Shown here piece after piece: positions 40,130 to 48,677 of a stretch of 58,993 nucleotides of DNA. The stretch spans positions 1 to 58,993 of the IMG/VR virus record IMGVR_UViG_3300044448_006448; one strand, 5' to 3'. The DNA comes from a virus (taxonomy: Duplodnaviria; Caudoviricetes). The stretch's first letter is position 1, and every line of letters starts with the position of its first letter. Below the pieces are notes generated by a model, which did no database searches, was not told where the DNA came from, and saw only the letters and a list, made by a program, of their open reading frames with translations. A program made the translations under genes and the position numbers.

Positions 40130-40304
40130 AAAAGTAACATTAGAGCAATTCGAACAATACTATCAGGATTATGCACTTAATTTTGTAACATATAAGAGTT
40201 ATGATTTAAATTTTGAGCAAGTATGTTTTATGAAACATGGTATTGGTGAGAAAGATTTTAATAAGTTAATAACAGAAATGGATTTAAAAAGAAAAAATGG
40301 ATAA
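40101..40304 (+). CDS. Hypothetical protein
   Basis: 67-aa ORF; the true start may be the second Met. Confidence 0.6.
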   Translation: MKKQKNIMGRKVTLEQFEQYYQDYALNFVTYKSYDLNFEQVCFMKHGIGEKDFNKLITEMDLKRKNG

Positions 40305-40647
40305 ACTTACAGCGCTGACATTATGTATTTTAACTTTTTTATTAGTTCAAATTATAACATGGTTTCAATTAAATGGTCAATTTTTTATTCCTTGGTTTAA
40401 AAATAATGCTTTTATACTTTGTTTGTTTGGAGTACCTATAAGTTGGTTGTATATTGAAGCTACTAGATATGGTTTTATAGCATTTGATGAATTAATTTGG
40501 CCTGCTAGATTAATTGGATTTGCAGCTGGGATGTTTACTTTTGCTATATGCGCTAGTTTATTTATGGGTGAAGGATTAACATTAAAAACAGTAATCAGTT
40601 TAGTATTATCATTTGCATTAGTATGCATACAAATATTTTGGAAATAA
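40297..40647 (+). CDS. Four-TM membrane protein (DMT/SMR-like topology)
   Basis: Four hydrophobic helices; FMGE.LT.K motif. Confidence 0.7.
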   Translation: MDKLTALTLCILTFLLVQIITWFQLNGQFFIPWFKNNAFILCLFGVPISWLYIEATRYGFIAFDELIWPARLIGFAAGMFTFAICASLFMGEGLTLKTVISLVLSFALVCIQIFWK

Positions 40648-40650
40648 ATT

Positions 40651-40890
40651 ATGAAAGAAAAAGTAATATTAGGAGCAATTATAAGTTTATTATTTATAGG
40701 ATGTGAAAAGGATGAATTTATTGACATTCCAATTAAATCAAAACCTGATGTAAGTATGGTTGAAAAATTCTGTTGCGATTGGGATGCAGCTAATTATGAG
40801 CCGTATGTAAACGGGGTATGTGTTACAGAAGCGTATTTTAGAAATAGCACTTCATGTGATAACACATTATGTATTTACAATAATTATTAA
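40651..40890 (+). CDS. Cys-rich lipoprotein
   Basis: Lipobox LFIG|C; CCD..A.NY ... CD...C.Y. Confidence 0.7.
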   Translation: MKEKVILGAIISLLFIGCEKDEFIDIPIKSKPDVSMVEKFCCDWDAANYEPYVNGVCVTEAYFRNSTSCDNTLCIYNNY

Positions 40891-40901
40891 AAATAAATAA
40901 A

Positions 40902-41240
40902 ATGGGATTAAGAAATAAAATAATATTAGGACATATTAAAAGCATTGTGTGGTTTATTGTTACATGGTGTATGTTTTGTATGGGTTTTTTATTACTAACA
41001 ATAATAGCATTATCAATATGGAGAGGTGATAAAATAGAAGAGCCAATGGGACCTGAGCATAATTGGGTTGTACCAACTGCTGAAGAAGAGTGGAATGAGC
41101 ATGTAGATAGTGTATTAAAAAGCAGAGTAGACAATGTAATGGATTCTGTAAACATGAACTGTGGAGGAGAGTATCATGGAAAAGAAGGTAAAAGTGAATA
41201 CGGAGAATATGAATATAATAAATGGATGGAGCAACAGTAA
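40902..41240 (+). CDS. Membrane-anchored hypothetical protein
   Basis: N-terminal TM segment. Confidence 0.65.
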   Translation: MGLRNKIILGHIKSIVWFIVTWCMFCMGFLLLTIIALSIWRGDKIEEPMGPEHNWVVPTAEEEWNEHVDSVLKSRVDNVMDSVNMNCGGEYHGKEGKSEYGEYEYNKWMEQQ

Positions 41241-41331
41241 TGGTAGAATGTGTAGTATTAGCAGCATTTGTAATAGGTATAATAGCGGTAATAAAAGATG
41301 ATGAAAGTTACTAATAATTTGGTTTTTTAAA

Positions 41332-41544
41332 ATGAGTTTATTACATTATATAAGATATGCAGGTGATAAAGCCTATGTTGTTAAAAGAGAAATGCCTAAA
41401 CATATGTTTGTTAAACATAATCAAATGAGAATGGATTGGTTAGCAGCATTTAGAGATTATTTAGATTGTGATCACGTATTACAATCAGAAACACATTTTA
41501 TGTTTTGTGAAACAATTAAAGACGCAGAAATAATAAAAGAATAA
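41332..41544 (+). CDS. Hypothetical protein
   Basis: 70-aa ORF; a TTTG-N20-TACATT motif (41318-41347) overlaps its start. Confidence 0.6.
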   Translation: MSLLHYIRYAGDKAYVVKREMPKHMFVKHNQMRMDWLAAFRDYLDCDHVLQSETHFMFCETIKDAEIIKE

Positions 41545-41546
41545 TT

Positions 41547-41732
41547 ATGATGAATTACTTATTTATAGGTCTTATTTTTACATTTATAGTAGATTGGACT
41601 AATGCTTCAAATAGAGAATTATATTTGAATAATAGAATAGATTGGAAGCAAAGAATATTAACTATATTATTTTGGCCTCTTTGGTTAGTAGTAATAATAT
41701 ATCATTTTATAAAAACGATAATTAATAAATGA
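41547..41732 (+). CDS. Small membrane protein
   Basis: Two hydrophobic segments; LFWPL motif. Confidence 0.65.
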   Translation: MMNYLFIGLIFTFIVDWTNASNRELYLNNRIDWKQRILTILFWPLWLVVIIYHFIKTIINK

Positions 41733-41808
41733 GAAGATTTTTAAGAAATATGAAAGCTTGTTGGATAAAATTCAAAAGAAAACATATTATTAGACGGGTT
41801 CCTTCTCA

Positions 41809-42246
41809 TTGGGATATTTAAAAATAAAAGTTATGGAAAATATAAACTGGGATGATTTTAATTATGATGATATAAATTGGAATGAAATAATTAAAAGATA
41901 TTTTAATAGTGATAATGATGGTATTAATTATAATGAGGATGGTAGTATAGGAGGATTTGATCCTAACATATGGTATCAACCTGAACATTATAAATTAGAT
42001 AAAGAAGAATTAGAAAAGTGGAATAAATTTAATACTAGTGAAGAAGCAATATATTATGAAAACACACATCTTTATGAATCGTTATGTGGTTTAACTGATA
42101 TGCCTTCTAATAAAGCAAAAAGAATACTTGAAAAAGATAACATATTCCACTCAGGTAAAGAAAAAATAATTGAAGAATTAATTAGTTATTTTGAAGAATT
42201 AGAAGAATATGAAAAATGTGCAAAATTAATTAAATTATTAAAATAA
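41809..42246 (+). CDS. Hypothetical protein with C-terminal UVR-like motif; likely start ATG 41833
   Basis: YFEELEEYEKCAKLIKL; AAAGTT-ATG at 41833. Confidence 0.7.
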   Translation: MGYLKIKVMENINWDDFNYDDINWNEIIKRYFNSDNDGINYNEDGSIGGFDPNIWYQPEHYKLDKEELEKWNKFNTSEEAIYYENTHLYESLCGLTDMPSNKAKRILEKDNIFHSGKEKIIEELISYFEELEEYEKCAKLIKLLK

Positions 42247-42249
42247 ACT

Positions 42250-42444
42250 ATGATAAGGATTAAAGTAGGAAAAAAAGAAAATATTGATAAAGCATTAAAA
42301 CGTTTTAAAAAGAAATTTAGAGATACTAAAGTTGTAAAAGAGTTAAAAGAAAGACAAAAATTTGAAAAAAAATCTGATAAAAGAAGAAATCAAATTCAAC
42401 AAGCAAAATATAATAATTTAAAAAAATTAGACAATGACAAATAA
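42250..42444 (+). CDS. rpsU: Ribosomal protein bS21
   Basis: ENIDKALKRFKKK..V.KE...R..FEK.S..RR; 64 aa with Tyr54. Confidence 0.9.
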   Translation: MIRIKVGKKENIDKALKRFKKKFRDTKVVKELKERQKFEKKSDKRRNQIQQAKYNNLKKLDNDK

Positions 42445-42700
42445 AAAAGTTGATCCAACTACAAAAAGTTTATTTTCAAACTTAAATTTAAGTGATGCTA
42501 GAATGGAAGGGGAAGATAGAGATGCATATAAATTACGTAGAAAGCGTAATAACCATATTATAAAATTATATAAAAGATTCGGTAGAGAGGCATTTCAACA
42601 AGCATTTCCTGAAGGTGTTACTGAAACATCAATAGAACAATTAATTGCTGATAGAGAAAAAGCAATTGAAGAAGCTAATAAAAATATAAAAAATGGCTAA
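42434..42700 (+). CDS. Hypothetical protein
   Basis: 88-aa ORF. Confidence 0.65.
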   Translation: MTNKKVDPTTKSLFSNLNLSDARMEGEDRDAYKLRRKRNNHIIKLYKRFGREAFQQAFPEGVTETSIEQLIADREKAIEEANKNIKNG

Positions 42701-43130
42701 AAAAACAAATAATTGTGATTGGTGTAAATATGACACTAGCTGTAATGGTAAAAAAGATAATGATATTATTTCATCATTTATAGCAATGTCCCCACTTATT
42801 GAAAATAAAGAAATAAAAATGAAAGAAGCATATGAAAAATATGGGTCTGAATGGTGGGTTGGATTGGAAAAAGACGATCCTAAATTAGCGGATGAATTAT
42901 CACTTTATGATCAATTAACGTGTACAATAGGTAGAGGTAGTGTTTGTAAAGAATGTTTAGTTAAAGATGATGAATTATACACAAAATATAGAAAAATATC
43001 TATTGATGGAAGTGAAGATTCAGATAAAATGGTAAAAATAGTTGCCCCAGAAGAAATTGATAGTGTAGATGGAGCAGCTGAATGGTTTAATGGAATTAAA
43101 AATAAAATAAAAAAAGATAATAATGAGTAA
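42693..43130 (+). CDS. Hypothetical Cys-containing protein
   Basis: CDWC ... CKEC. Confidence 0.65.
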   Translation: MAKKTNNCDWCKYDTSCNGKKDNDIISSFIAMSPLIENKEIKMKEAYEKYGSEWWVGLEKDDPKLADELSLYDQLTCTIGRGSVCKECLVKDDELYTKYRKISIDGSEDSDKMVKIVAPEEIDSVDGAAEWFNGIKNKIKKDNNE

Positions 43131-43326
43131 TAATAATGAAATGTTATCGTTGTATGATTATTTAGGTCATGCAGCTGGTTCTGATTTAGGACAAAAAGTT
43201 GCTTATCAAGCAGCAAAAGAAAATATATCACATGGTACAAGATATGTTAAAAACCCTGTTTATGAGGGTGAAGTTTATTTATATCCAAAAAGTTTTTTGG
43301 AAAAATATTTTAACAAAGCAAGCTAA
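43123..43326 (+). CDS. Hypothetical protein
   Basis: 67-aa ORF. Confidence 0.7.
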   Translation: MSNNNEMLSLYDYLGHAAGSDLGQKVAYQAAKENISHGTRYVKNPVYEGEVYLYPKSFLEKYFNKAS

Positions 43327-43449
43327 AAGGGATAAGTCACTGTGTAAAGTCACGTTGAAAGCGCTATTAATTACCTCTGCACTACACAACTACAGATAAT
43401 CCGCTGAAGAAGCTCCGTAAGGGGCTTCCGGAGACGAAAGCTAGAAGTT
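43324..43449 (+). ncRNA. Putative structured intergenic RNA element A
   Basis: Hairpins TCACTGTG-TAAAGT-CACGTTGA and GAAGCTCC-GTAA-GGGGCTTC; resembles 51321-51410. Confidence 0.45.
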
Positions 43450-43794
43450 ATGGAAAATACAAAAAACATTAAAATAGTCCATATGTTACCATCAGGTACT
43501 AGACAATATAGTATGCATGGTTGGGTTGCTATTTTAAATGATGATTGTGTTGGACATATTCATATGGTTTTAGAAGCAAATAGTAGAATAAAATTTTTAG
43601 ATGCTTGGGTACATGAAGATTATAGAAGAAAAGGTATATTTCGAAAATTATGGGATACAAGGTGGAATTATGTTAATGAGCATTTTAGAGGTTTTACAGC
43701 TTATGCTTGGGCTAAACCTATGAGCTTACCGCTATTATTAGAAAAAGGATTTACAGCGGGTGATACTAGCGTTTATGTAGATAAAATTATTTAG
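43450..43794 (+). CDS. GNAT acetyltransferase
   Basis: WVHEDYRRKGIF (motif A) and LEKGF. Confidence 0.85.
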   Translation: MENTKNIKIVHMLPSGTRQYSMHGWVAILNDDCVGHIHMVLEANSRIKFLDAWVHEDYRRKGIFRKLWDTRWNYVNEHFRGFTAYAWAKPMSLPLLLEKGFTAGDTSVYVDKII

Positions 43795-43796
43795 AA

Positions 43797-44174
43797 ATGA
43801 CAAAATATGATTTTAAAAAACGAAGAGCAATTAAATGTGAATTCGTAGAAAAAAGTAAAACAAGTCCGGGTTATTTAAAGTATGAAGTAACCATATGTGA
43901 AAAAGATGGAACAATACATAAAGAGCCGGCTTATGGAATTGATATGCAATCTGCAATAGCAAGATTAGTAAATCAAGAAAGGACAATAAAGGTTGAAAAG
44001 CAATTAACTAAATATCCATTAATAGCATTTATAGCATGGGCACTTTTAATGAGTTGGCCTATATTAGTAGGTGTAACTTATAATACTCCTCATATGTTAT
44101 TATATTCATTTGGGGGAATAATTATATTAACTATTTTAGGAGGATTGTGGTCTAATTATATAAACAAAAAGTAA
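43797..44174 (+). CDS. Hypothetical protein with two C-terminal TM helices
   Basis: Hydrophobic C-terminal segments. Confidence 0.7.
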   Translation: MTKYDFKKRRAIKCEFVEKSKTSPGYLKYEVTICEKDGTIHKEPAYGIDMQSAIARLVNQERTIKVEKQLTKYPLIAFIAWALLMSWPILVGVTYNTPHMLLYSFGGIIILTILGGLWSNYINKK

Positions 44175-44231
44175 AGGCTTCCGCGGAAAAATTTGGAGAA
44201 GCGAGATCCCGTTCGTATATTCATGGCATAA
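44174..44231 (+). promoter_or_regulatory. 58-bp repeated promoter cassette, copy 2
   Basis: AAGGCTTC-N8-AATTTGGAGAAGCGAG-N5-GTTCGTATATTCATGGCATAA. Confidence 0.8.
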
Positions 44232-44248
44232 TATTAAAAATAAAGGTT

Positions 44249-45025
44249 ATGACAAAAATTAAAAAAACTTATTCTTCAGCTAAAACAATGGAATTAAATG
44301 TAAAAACTGTAAAAATGGATGACATGTCATTCAATAAAAGTTTATTTACTCCAATGCGTACTAAAACTAGAGTTGATCAATTCTTTAGTTCTGAAAAAGG
44401 TGTAATGCCTGGAACTAATGTTGTAATTACTGGTGATCCAGGAGTTGGTAAAACTACAGTGTTATTAGATATTCTAGCTGACCTACAACAAAATGGTAAA
44501 AAATGTTTATTTATATCCGGCGAAATGAATGCCATCGATATGGTTGGTTATGTTAGACGTTATCCTAAATTTGGTCAGTTAGATATCTTATTTATGGGTG
44601 ATTATAGTGAAGTTAATCCTGATGTTGTTTTAAGAACAGCACTTAAAGAAGGATATGATTGTGTGTTAATTGATTCACTTGCTGAAATTTCGGATGCTTA
44701 TGTTGATCACTTAGGTGGTACTGGTAAGCAAAATACAAATAGAATTTTGCAGTTACTAGATGAACATAATCAAGGTAATAATGATGGTAAAACAAATACT
44801 ACATTTTTGATTATTCAACAAGTTACTAAAGGTGGTGTGTTTGTTGGTTCAAACAAAATTAAGCATATGACAACAGCAATGGGTCATTTAAAGTTTGATG
44901 AAGGTGGAAGATATTTTCATTTTAGTAAAAACCGAAGAGGTGGAAATGGAAATAAGATTTACTTTTCATTAAATACCCATAATAAAGTTGAGTGGTTAAA
45001 TGAAGAGCCATTAAATATGGAATAG
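44249..45025 (+). CDS. RadA/Sms-like RecA-fold ATPase (core domain only)
   Basis: GDPGVGKT, FISGE, VLIDS, QVTKGG.F.G...KH and KNRRG (compare RadA KNRFG). Confidence 0.82.
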   Translation: MTKIKKTYSSAKTMELNVKTVKMDDMSFNKSLFTPMRTKTRVDQFFSSEKGVMPGTNVVITGDPGVGKTTVLLDILADLQQNGKKCLFISGEMNAIDMVGYVRRYPKFGQLDILFMGDYSEVNPDVVLRTALKEGYDCVLIDSLAEISDAYVDHLGGTGKQNTNRILQLLDEHNQGNNDGKTNTTFLIIQQVTKGGVFVGSNKIKHMTTAMGHLKFDEGGRYFHFSKNRRGGNGNKIYFSLNTHNKVEWLNEEPLNME

Positions 45026-45041
45026 TAGTTTAATCCTAAAA

Positions 45042-45067
45042 GCAAGAGCCCCGAAAGGGGTTTTTGC
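45042..45067 (+). terminator. Intrinsic terminator
   Basis: GCAAGAGCCCC-GAAA-GGGGTTTTTGC. Confidence 0.85.
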
Positions 45068-45121
45068 ATATAAGTTGGTGTTAATAATAATATTTATTAC
45101 ATTAACAAATAAAAACAAAAA

Positions 45122-45175
45122 ATGATAAAAAGATTTAAAATACCAAGAATAGCAAGATGTAAAAGTGGGTGTTGA
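45122..45175 (+). CDS. Possible micropeptide MIKRFKIPRIARCKSGC
   Basis: Follows a GTTG-N20-TACATT promoter (45074-45103) and an A-rich leader. Confidence 0.4.
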   Translation: MIKRFKIPRIARCKSGC

Positions 45176-45236
45176 CGTAAGAAAAAAAAGTCAAAGCTCT
45201 TTTCTACATACGCGCATAATTTAATACGTATATACA

Positions 45237-45566
45237 ATGAAGAGAATAATATTTATAGTTGTGATGTTAGTAGCATTTGGCTTGCAAGCGCAGGATGTGA
45301 AGTTTGTAAATAGTAAGCGAGCAAGTGATATGGTTATTTATATGGCAGATTTTAGATGGGAGGCAGATAAAGTAGTACATCTAGTAGATCATAAATGGCA
45401 GATGGGAGGTGAGAATGTATGGAGGATAGTTAAGAGAAGAGGCAAGAATGTTATAAAAGTATATGTAACAACCAGGAAGTATGAGGCGGATTACATTGTT
45501 TTTATGTCGAAGCATAAGTGGGGTTTACGTAGTAGTTGTTCGAAAATGAATTGTTCGTGTAGATGA
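45237..45566 (+). CDS. Secreted repeat protein (DUF6150-like)
   Basis: Signal peptide LQA|Q; repeated V.....(W/Y)EAD units. Confidence 0.6.
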   Translation: MKRIIFIVVMLVAFGLQAQDVKFVNSKRASDMVIYMADFRWEADKVVHLVDHKWQMGGENVWRIVKRRGKNVIKVYVTTRKYEADYIVFMSKHKWGLRSSCSKMNCSCR

Positions 45567-45835
45567 TTGTAAGAGAATTATATAATGAGTGGAAGACAGG
45601 TAAGCGTAAGCTCGTTAAGGAGGAAGTGAAGATACAAAAGCCATACAATTACCCTGCTTTTAAGGAAAGAGTATTGTGGATTGAAATGGGTGAAGGATTA
45701 GTAGGTAGAGTGGTGGAGATAAATGACGGCGATGGAAGTGAGTATACCAGACAAAAAATGGGGGTCGATGACATTATGTATGAGCATGATAAAGTAATGA
45801 AAATAAAATACAATGACGAGAAAAGACAAAACTAA
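45563..45835 (+). CDS. Hypothetical protein
   Basis: 90-aa ORF with ATGA overlap. Confidence 0.65.
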   Translation: MIVRELYNEWKTGKRKLVKEEVKIQKPYNYPAFKERVLWIEMGEGLVGRVVEINDGDGSEYTRQKMGVDDIMYEHDKVMKIKYNDEKRQN

Positions 45836-45934
45836 TAAACTAGCCCTGAAGGCATTAATGTGGGTTATAATTGGATTAATGGTATTAATAGCGTTAGGTA
45901 CGTGTATATAAATGTTTAAATAAATTAATTAAAA

Positions 45935-46192
45935 ATGACAAACGATAAGGGTAAATTAATGGAGGAGTTTTTTAAAGACGCTCCTAAAATAACTTTAAGT
46001 GAAAATGAGCAAGCGTATTATGCGGAGAGAGTAATGACGGCAAGGGGTGATGATGAAGTAAAGAAGATAATGGAGGAAATAAGTAGTAAGATGCCTGGGT
46101 TTAGGGATGAATTAAATAAACATGCTCGAAAATTTGAAAAAAAACATAAATTAGATGAAAAAAACAAAGGAACAAATACTGGAAGAGTTTAG
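45935..46192 (+). CDS. Hypothetical protein
   Basis: 85-aa ORF. Confidence 0.65.
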   Translation: MTNDKGKLMEEFFKDAPKITLSENEQAYYAERVMTARGDDEVKKIMEEISSKMPGFRDELNKHARKFEKKHKLDEKNKGTNTGRV

Positions 46193-46254
46193 AGAGCGTA
46201 TAATGACTGCTGATAGTAAAGATGTTATGATGGCTTTATTTGAAGAGATAAAAA

Positions 46255-46437
46255 TTGAATTTCAAAAACACGGAATTGAAGATGAGAAAGCATAGATTTT
46301 GGAGAAAGCGTGGCAATCATTTTGGTCATAATGTTAGATGGAGTGATTTACCTGGATATATGAAGTGGGGTATTGTAGGTGGTAATTTAGCGTGGATCTA
46401 TTGGGTTATATCGGCTATTTTGTGCGTATTTAGTTAG
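46255..46437 (+). CDS. Small membrane protein (start uncertain)
   Basis: C-terminal TM segment. Confidence 0.5.
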   Translation: MNFKNTELKMRKHRFWRKRGNHFGHNVRWSDLPGYMKWGIVGGNLAWIYWVISAILCVFS

Positions 46438-46682
46438 TTGTATGTAAATAACTTCATGATATCATAATTTATATGCGCAAAGTGTGACAAGCACATTACA
46501 AATGTGTCAAACAATCATAGGTCCGATGATAGTATATGAAAAACCATATGAGTGGTATGTAGTACAAATCCACTTTGGTGCTAACCCCCTTTCCCCGCGC
46601 AACCAACCCTTACGTATACGAACGAGTATATATTGTGAACCGCAGATATCGCGGATTGTTCATAACTTTCGCGCATTTTTTG

Positions 46683-46740
46683 AAGACTTCCATGGAAAAA
46701 TTTGGAGAACCGCAAGGGGGGTCGTATATTTATGGCATAA
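46683..46740 (+). promoter_or_regulatory. 58-bp repeated promoter cassette, copy 3
   Basis: AAGACTTC-N8-AATTTGGAGAAC...GTCGTATATTTATGGCATAA. Confidence 0.8.
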
Positions 46741-46761
46741 ATAATTAAAACAATAAAGGTT

Positions 46762-47295
46762 ATGTTAGATTTAAAAGTATTTGAAAACGGTTATAATGTT
46801 AGTGGTTCAGTTATAGCTAAAAGTGAAAAAAATGATTGTATGGTAAGAGCGTGTGCAAACGCATACGGTATAGATTACGATACAGCCCACCAATTCGTTA
46901 AACAAAGGTTTAACCGTAAGAATAGATCAGGCGTTAAGAACTCATACGACACACTGAAACAATTGTGCGATGAGATAACAGTATTCAACGTCGCTGATGG
47001 CCATCAATTAGATCTATTCACCGACACTCCCCTCCAAACAGAACATGAGTTAAAATACGTCGGATCGGAGCCTAAACGTGGTGGGAAACTTATTAATAGA
47101 AAGTATACACATAAAAAAGTTGCTTACACGGTTAAGACATTTATGCAAAAGTATACAAAAGGGACATATATTGTATTAGTAAATAAGCATGCGTTGGTGA
47201 TAAAGGATGGAGTATTGATTGATAACCCAGGAACTAGGTTTAATGGATATAGAAGGACGGTAGAGAGCGCGTTTAAGGTAATACATAAGGCATAA
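46762..47295 (+). CDS. Hypothetical protein with possible Cys-His-Asp triad
   Basis: NDCMVRA ... GTYIV....HA....DG...D. Confidence 0.7.
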   Translation: MLDLKVFENGYNVSGSVIAKSEKNDCMVRACANAYGIDYDTAHQFVKQRFNRKNRSGVKNSYDTLKQLCDEITVFNVADGHQLDLFTDTPLQTEHELKYVGSEPKRGGKLINRKYTHKKVAYTVKTFMQKYTKGTYIVLVNKHALVIKDGVLIDNPGTRFNGYRRTVESAFKVIHKA

Positions 47296-47319
47296 TAACC
47301 ATTGTTTTTTATTGTGTGT

Positions 47320-47355
47320 AGGGCCGTTGTGGTGATATAATACCATGGCGGTTCT
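47320..47355 (+). terminator. G-U-rich hairpin after ORF 46762
   Basis: AGGGCCGTTGTGGTG-ATATAA-TACCATGGCGGTTCT; no T-tract, so the role is uncertain. Confidence 0.45.
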
Positions 47356-47768
47356 GCTATCGATGGTTATTCATACCGTGTACATAAAGCCCGATATATA
47401 GGTATGTAAATACTCACACGGCAACTCGTTACATATATAAATGGTCATATACGATGCGCTATACGCATGGAGTATCATATACATAATAACTGATATAATA
47501 TTAATAACATATAATAGTAATTGGGCCGGCGTACGCGCGATATACCATGTACTTACCCACGCGGCGCTACTGTCCATCGACGTGGGTATACCAAAAAAAG
47601 GTCTTACCGGTCTTTATAGATCGACTATAGGTATAGAGAATCGATGAGGATATACTTATATCCCCTAATTCATCCCACTTCCCCATATGCCCAATTTTAT
47701 TGAAAAGCCGAAATCATATATTTATACGACGAACGAAAAATTAACCATAGCAAAAAGTATATACAGAT

Positions 47769-48479
47769 ATGCCCTTTACAGCAACATACGATGAATTAAA
47801 TACACCAAATGGAAAATTAATGGTAGATGCTAAAACAGCAGGTGCTACAGGAAAAATTGAAATCAAAACAGGAACAGTTGGAGACATAACAATGCCTAAT
47901 GGAGGATACTTAAGTATCGAACAAATACCAGAAAATGCAGATGGTACTTACCCCGACTCACAAGCAAAATTAGATATTACACATATTTTAAGAAATGAAT
48001 TTGTAGCATCAAAAGCATTAACTTTACCAGATAGTAATGTAACAGCCCCTTCAGCGGGAACAACAGCAGCATTAGCAACTACATCTACAGGAACAGGAAC
48101 AGGAGCTACTTTATTAATAACATCAGATGGTACTAACATAACCGGAGCAGTAATTTCAGGAGTTGGTTCAGGTGGTTTATATGCAGTTGGTGAAAAAATA
48201 ATAGTTTCAAAAGCAGCTATGGACGCAGATGGTAGTATTGGTGTTACCGGAGGTGATTTAGTAATAACAATAACATCAGGTGATGTAGTAGGTGATATTA
48301 AAGGTAAATGTAATATTCAGCTATCTAATGATGGTAGAAGTATATTAATTCGTGTGAGTGAAAATGTTACAATGAGTGCAGATGATAATTCTTGTATTTT
48401 TTTTACATGGGTTAGTGGATTAACAGCAAACACCGCACGAGTTAGAGGAGTAGGTATTAAACAATTCGTCTACACATAA
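47769..48479 (+). CDS. Gly/Thr-rich probable virion structural protein
   Basis: TGTGTGAT..I......G..Y.VG..I motif; TATTTATA at 47719. Confidence 0.65.
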   Translation: MPFTATYDELNTPNGKLMVDAKTAGATGKIEIKTGTVGDITMPNGGYLSIEQIPENADGTYPDSQAKLDITHILRNEFVASKALTLPDSNVTAPSAGTTAALATTSTGTGTGATLLITSDGTNITGAVISGVGSGGLYAVGEKIIVSKAAMDADGSIGVTGGDLVITITSGDVVGDIKGKCNIQLSNDGRSILIRVSENVTMSADDNSCIFFTWVSGLTANTARVRGVGIKQFVYT

Positions 48480-48551
48480 AATTCACCAAAAATTCACAAT
48501 TGCTTCATATTAATGTCATACGTTACATGTCATAATTAAATATTTATGATC

Positions 48552-48626
48552 ATGGAACGAAGAATAGACATATCTGAATTTTTATACGTAGCAATGCTCG
48601 TCATCGTATTTCTCCTCGCACTATAA
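48552..48626 (+). CDS. Possible 24-aa single-TM micropeptide (MERRIDISEFLYVAMLVIVFLLAL)
   Basis: Hydrophobic C-terminus; TATTTATG at 48541. Confidence 0.5.
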   Translation: MERRIDISEFLYVAMLVIVFLLAL

Positions 48627-48677
48627 TTTTGCACCTTCCCCACTTTTTCGTATATTTATAGTCAAAACATTTTTATT

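Noticed and set aside
43199-43399. Alternate-frame ORF (same reasoning for 58759-58944)
   Set aside because: It overlaps a better-supported gene in another frame.
46484-47647. ORFs 46484-46744, 47371-47577 and 47441-47647 as genes
   Set aside because: Atypical composition; they overlap a promoter cassette or palindrome-rich non-coding DNA.
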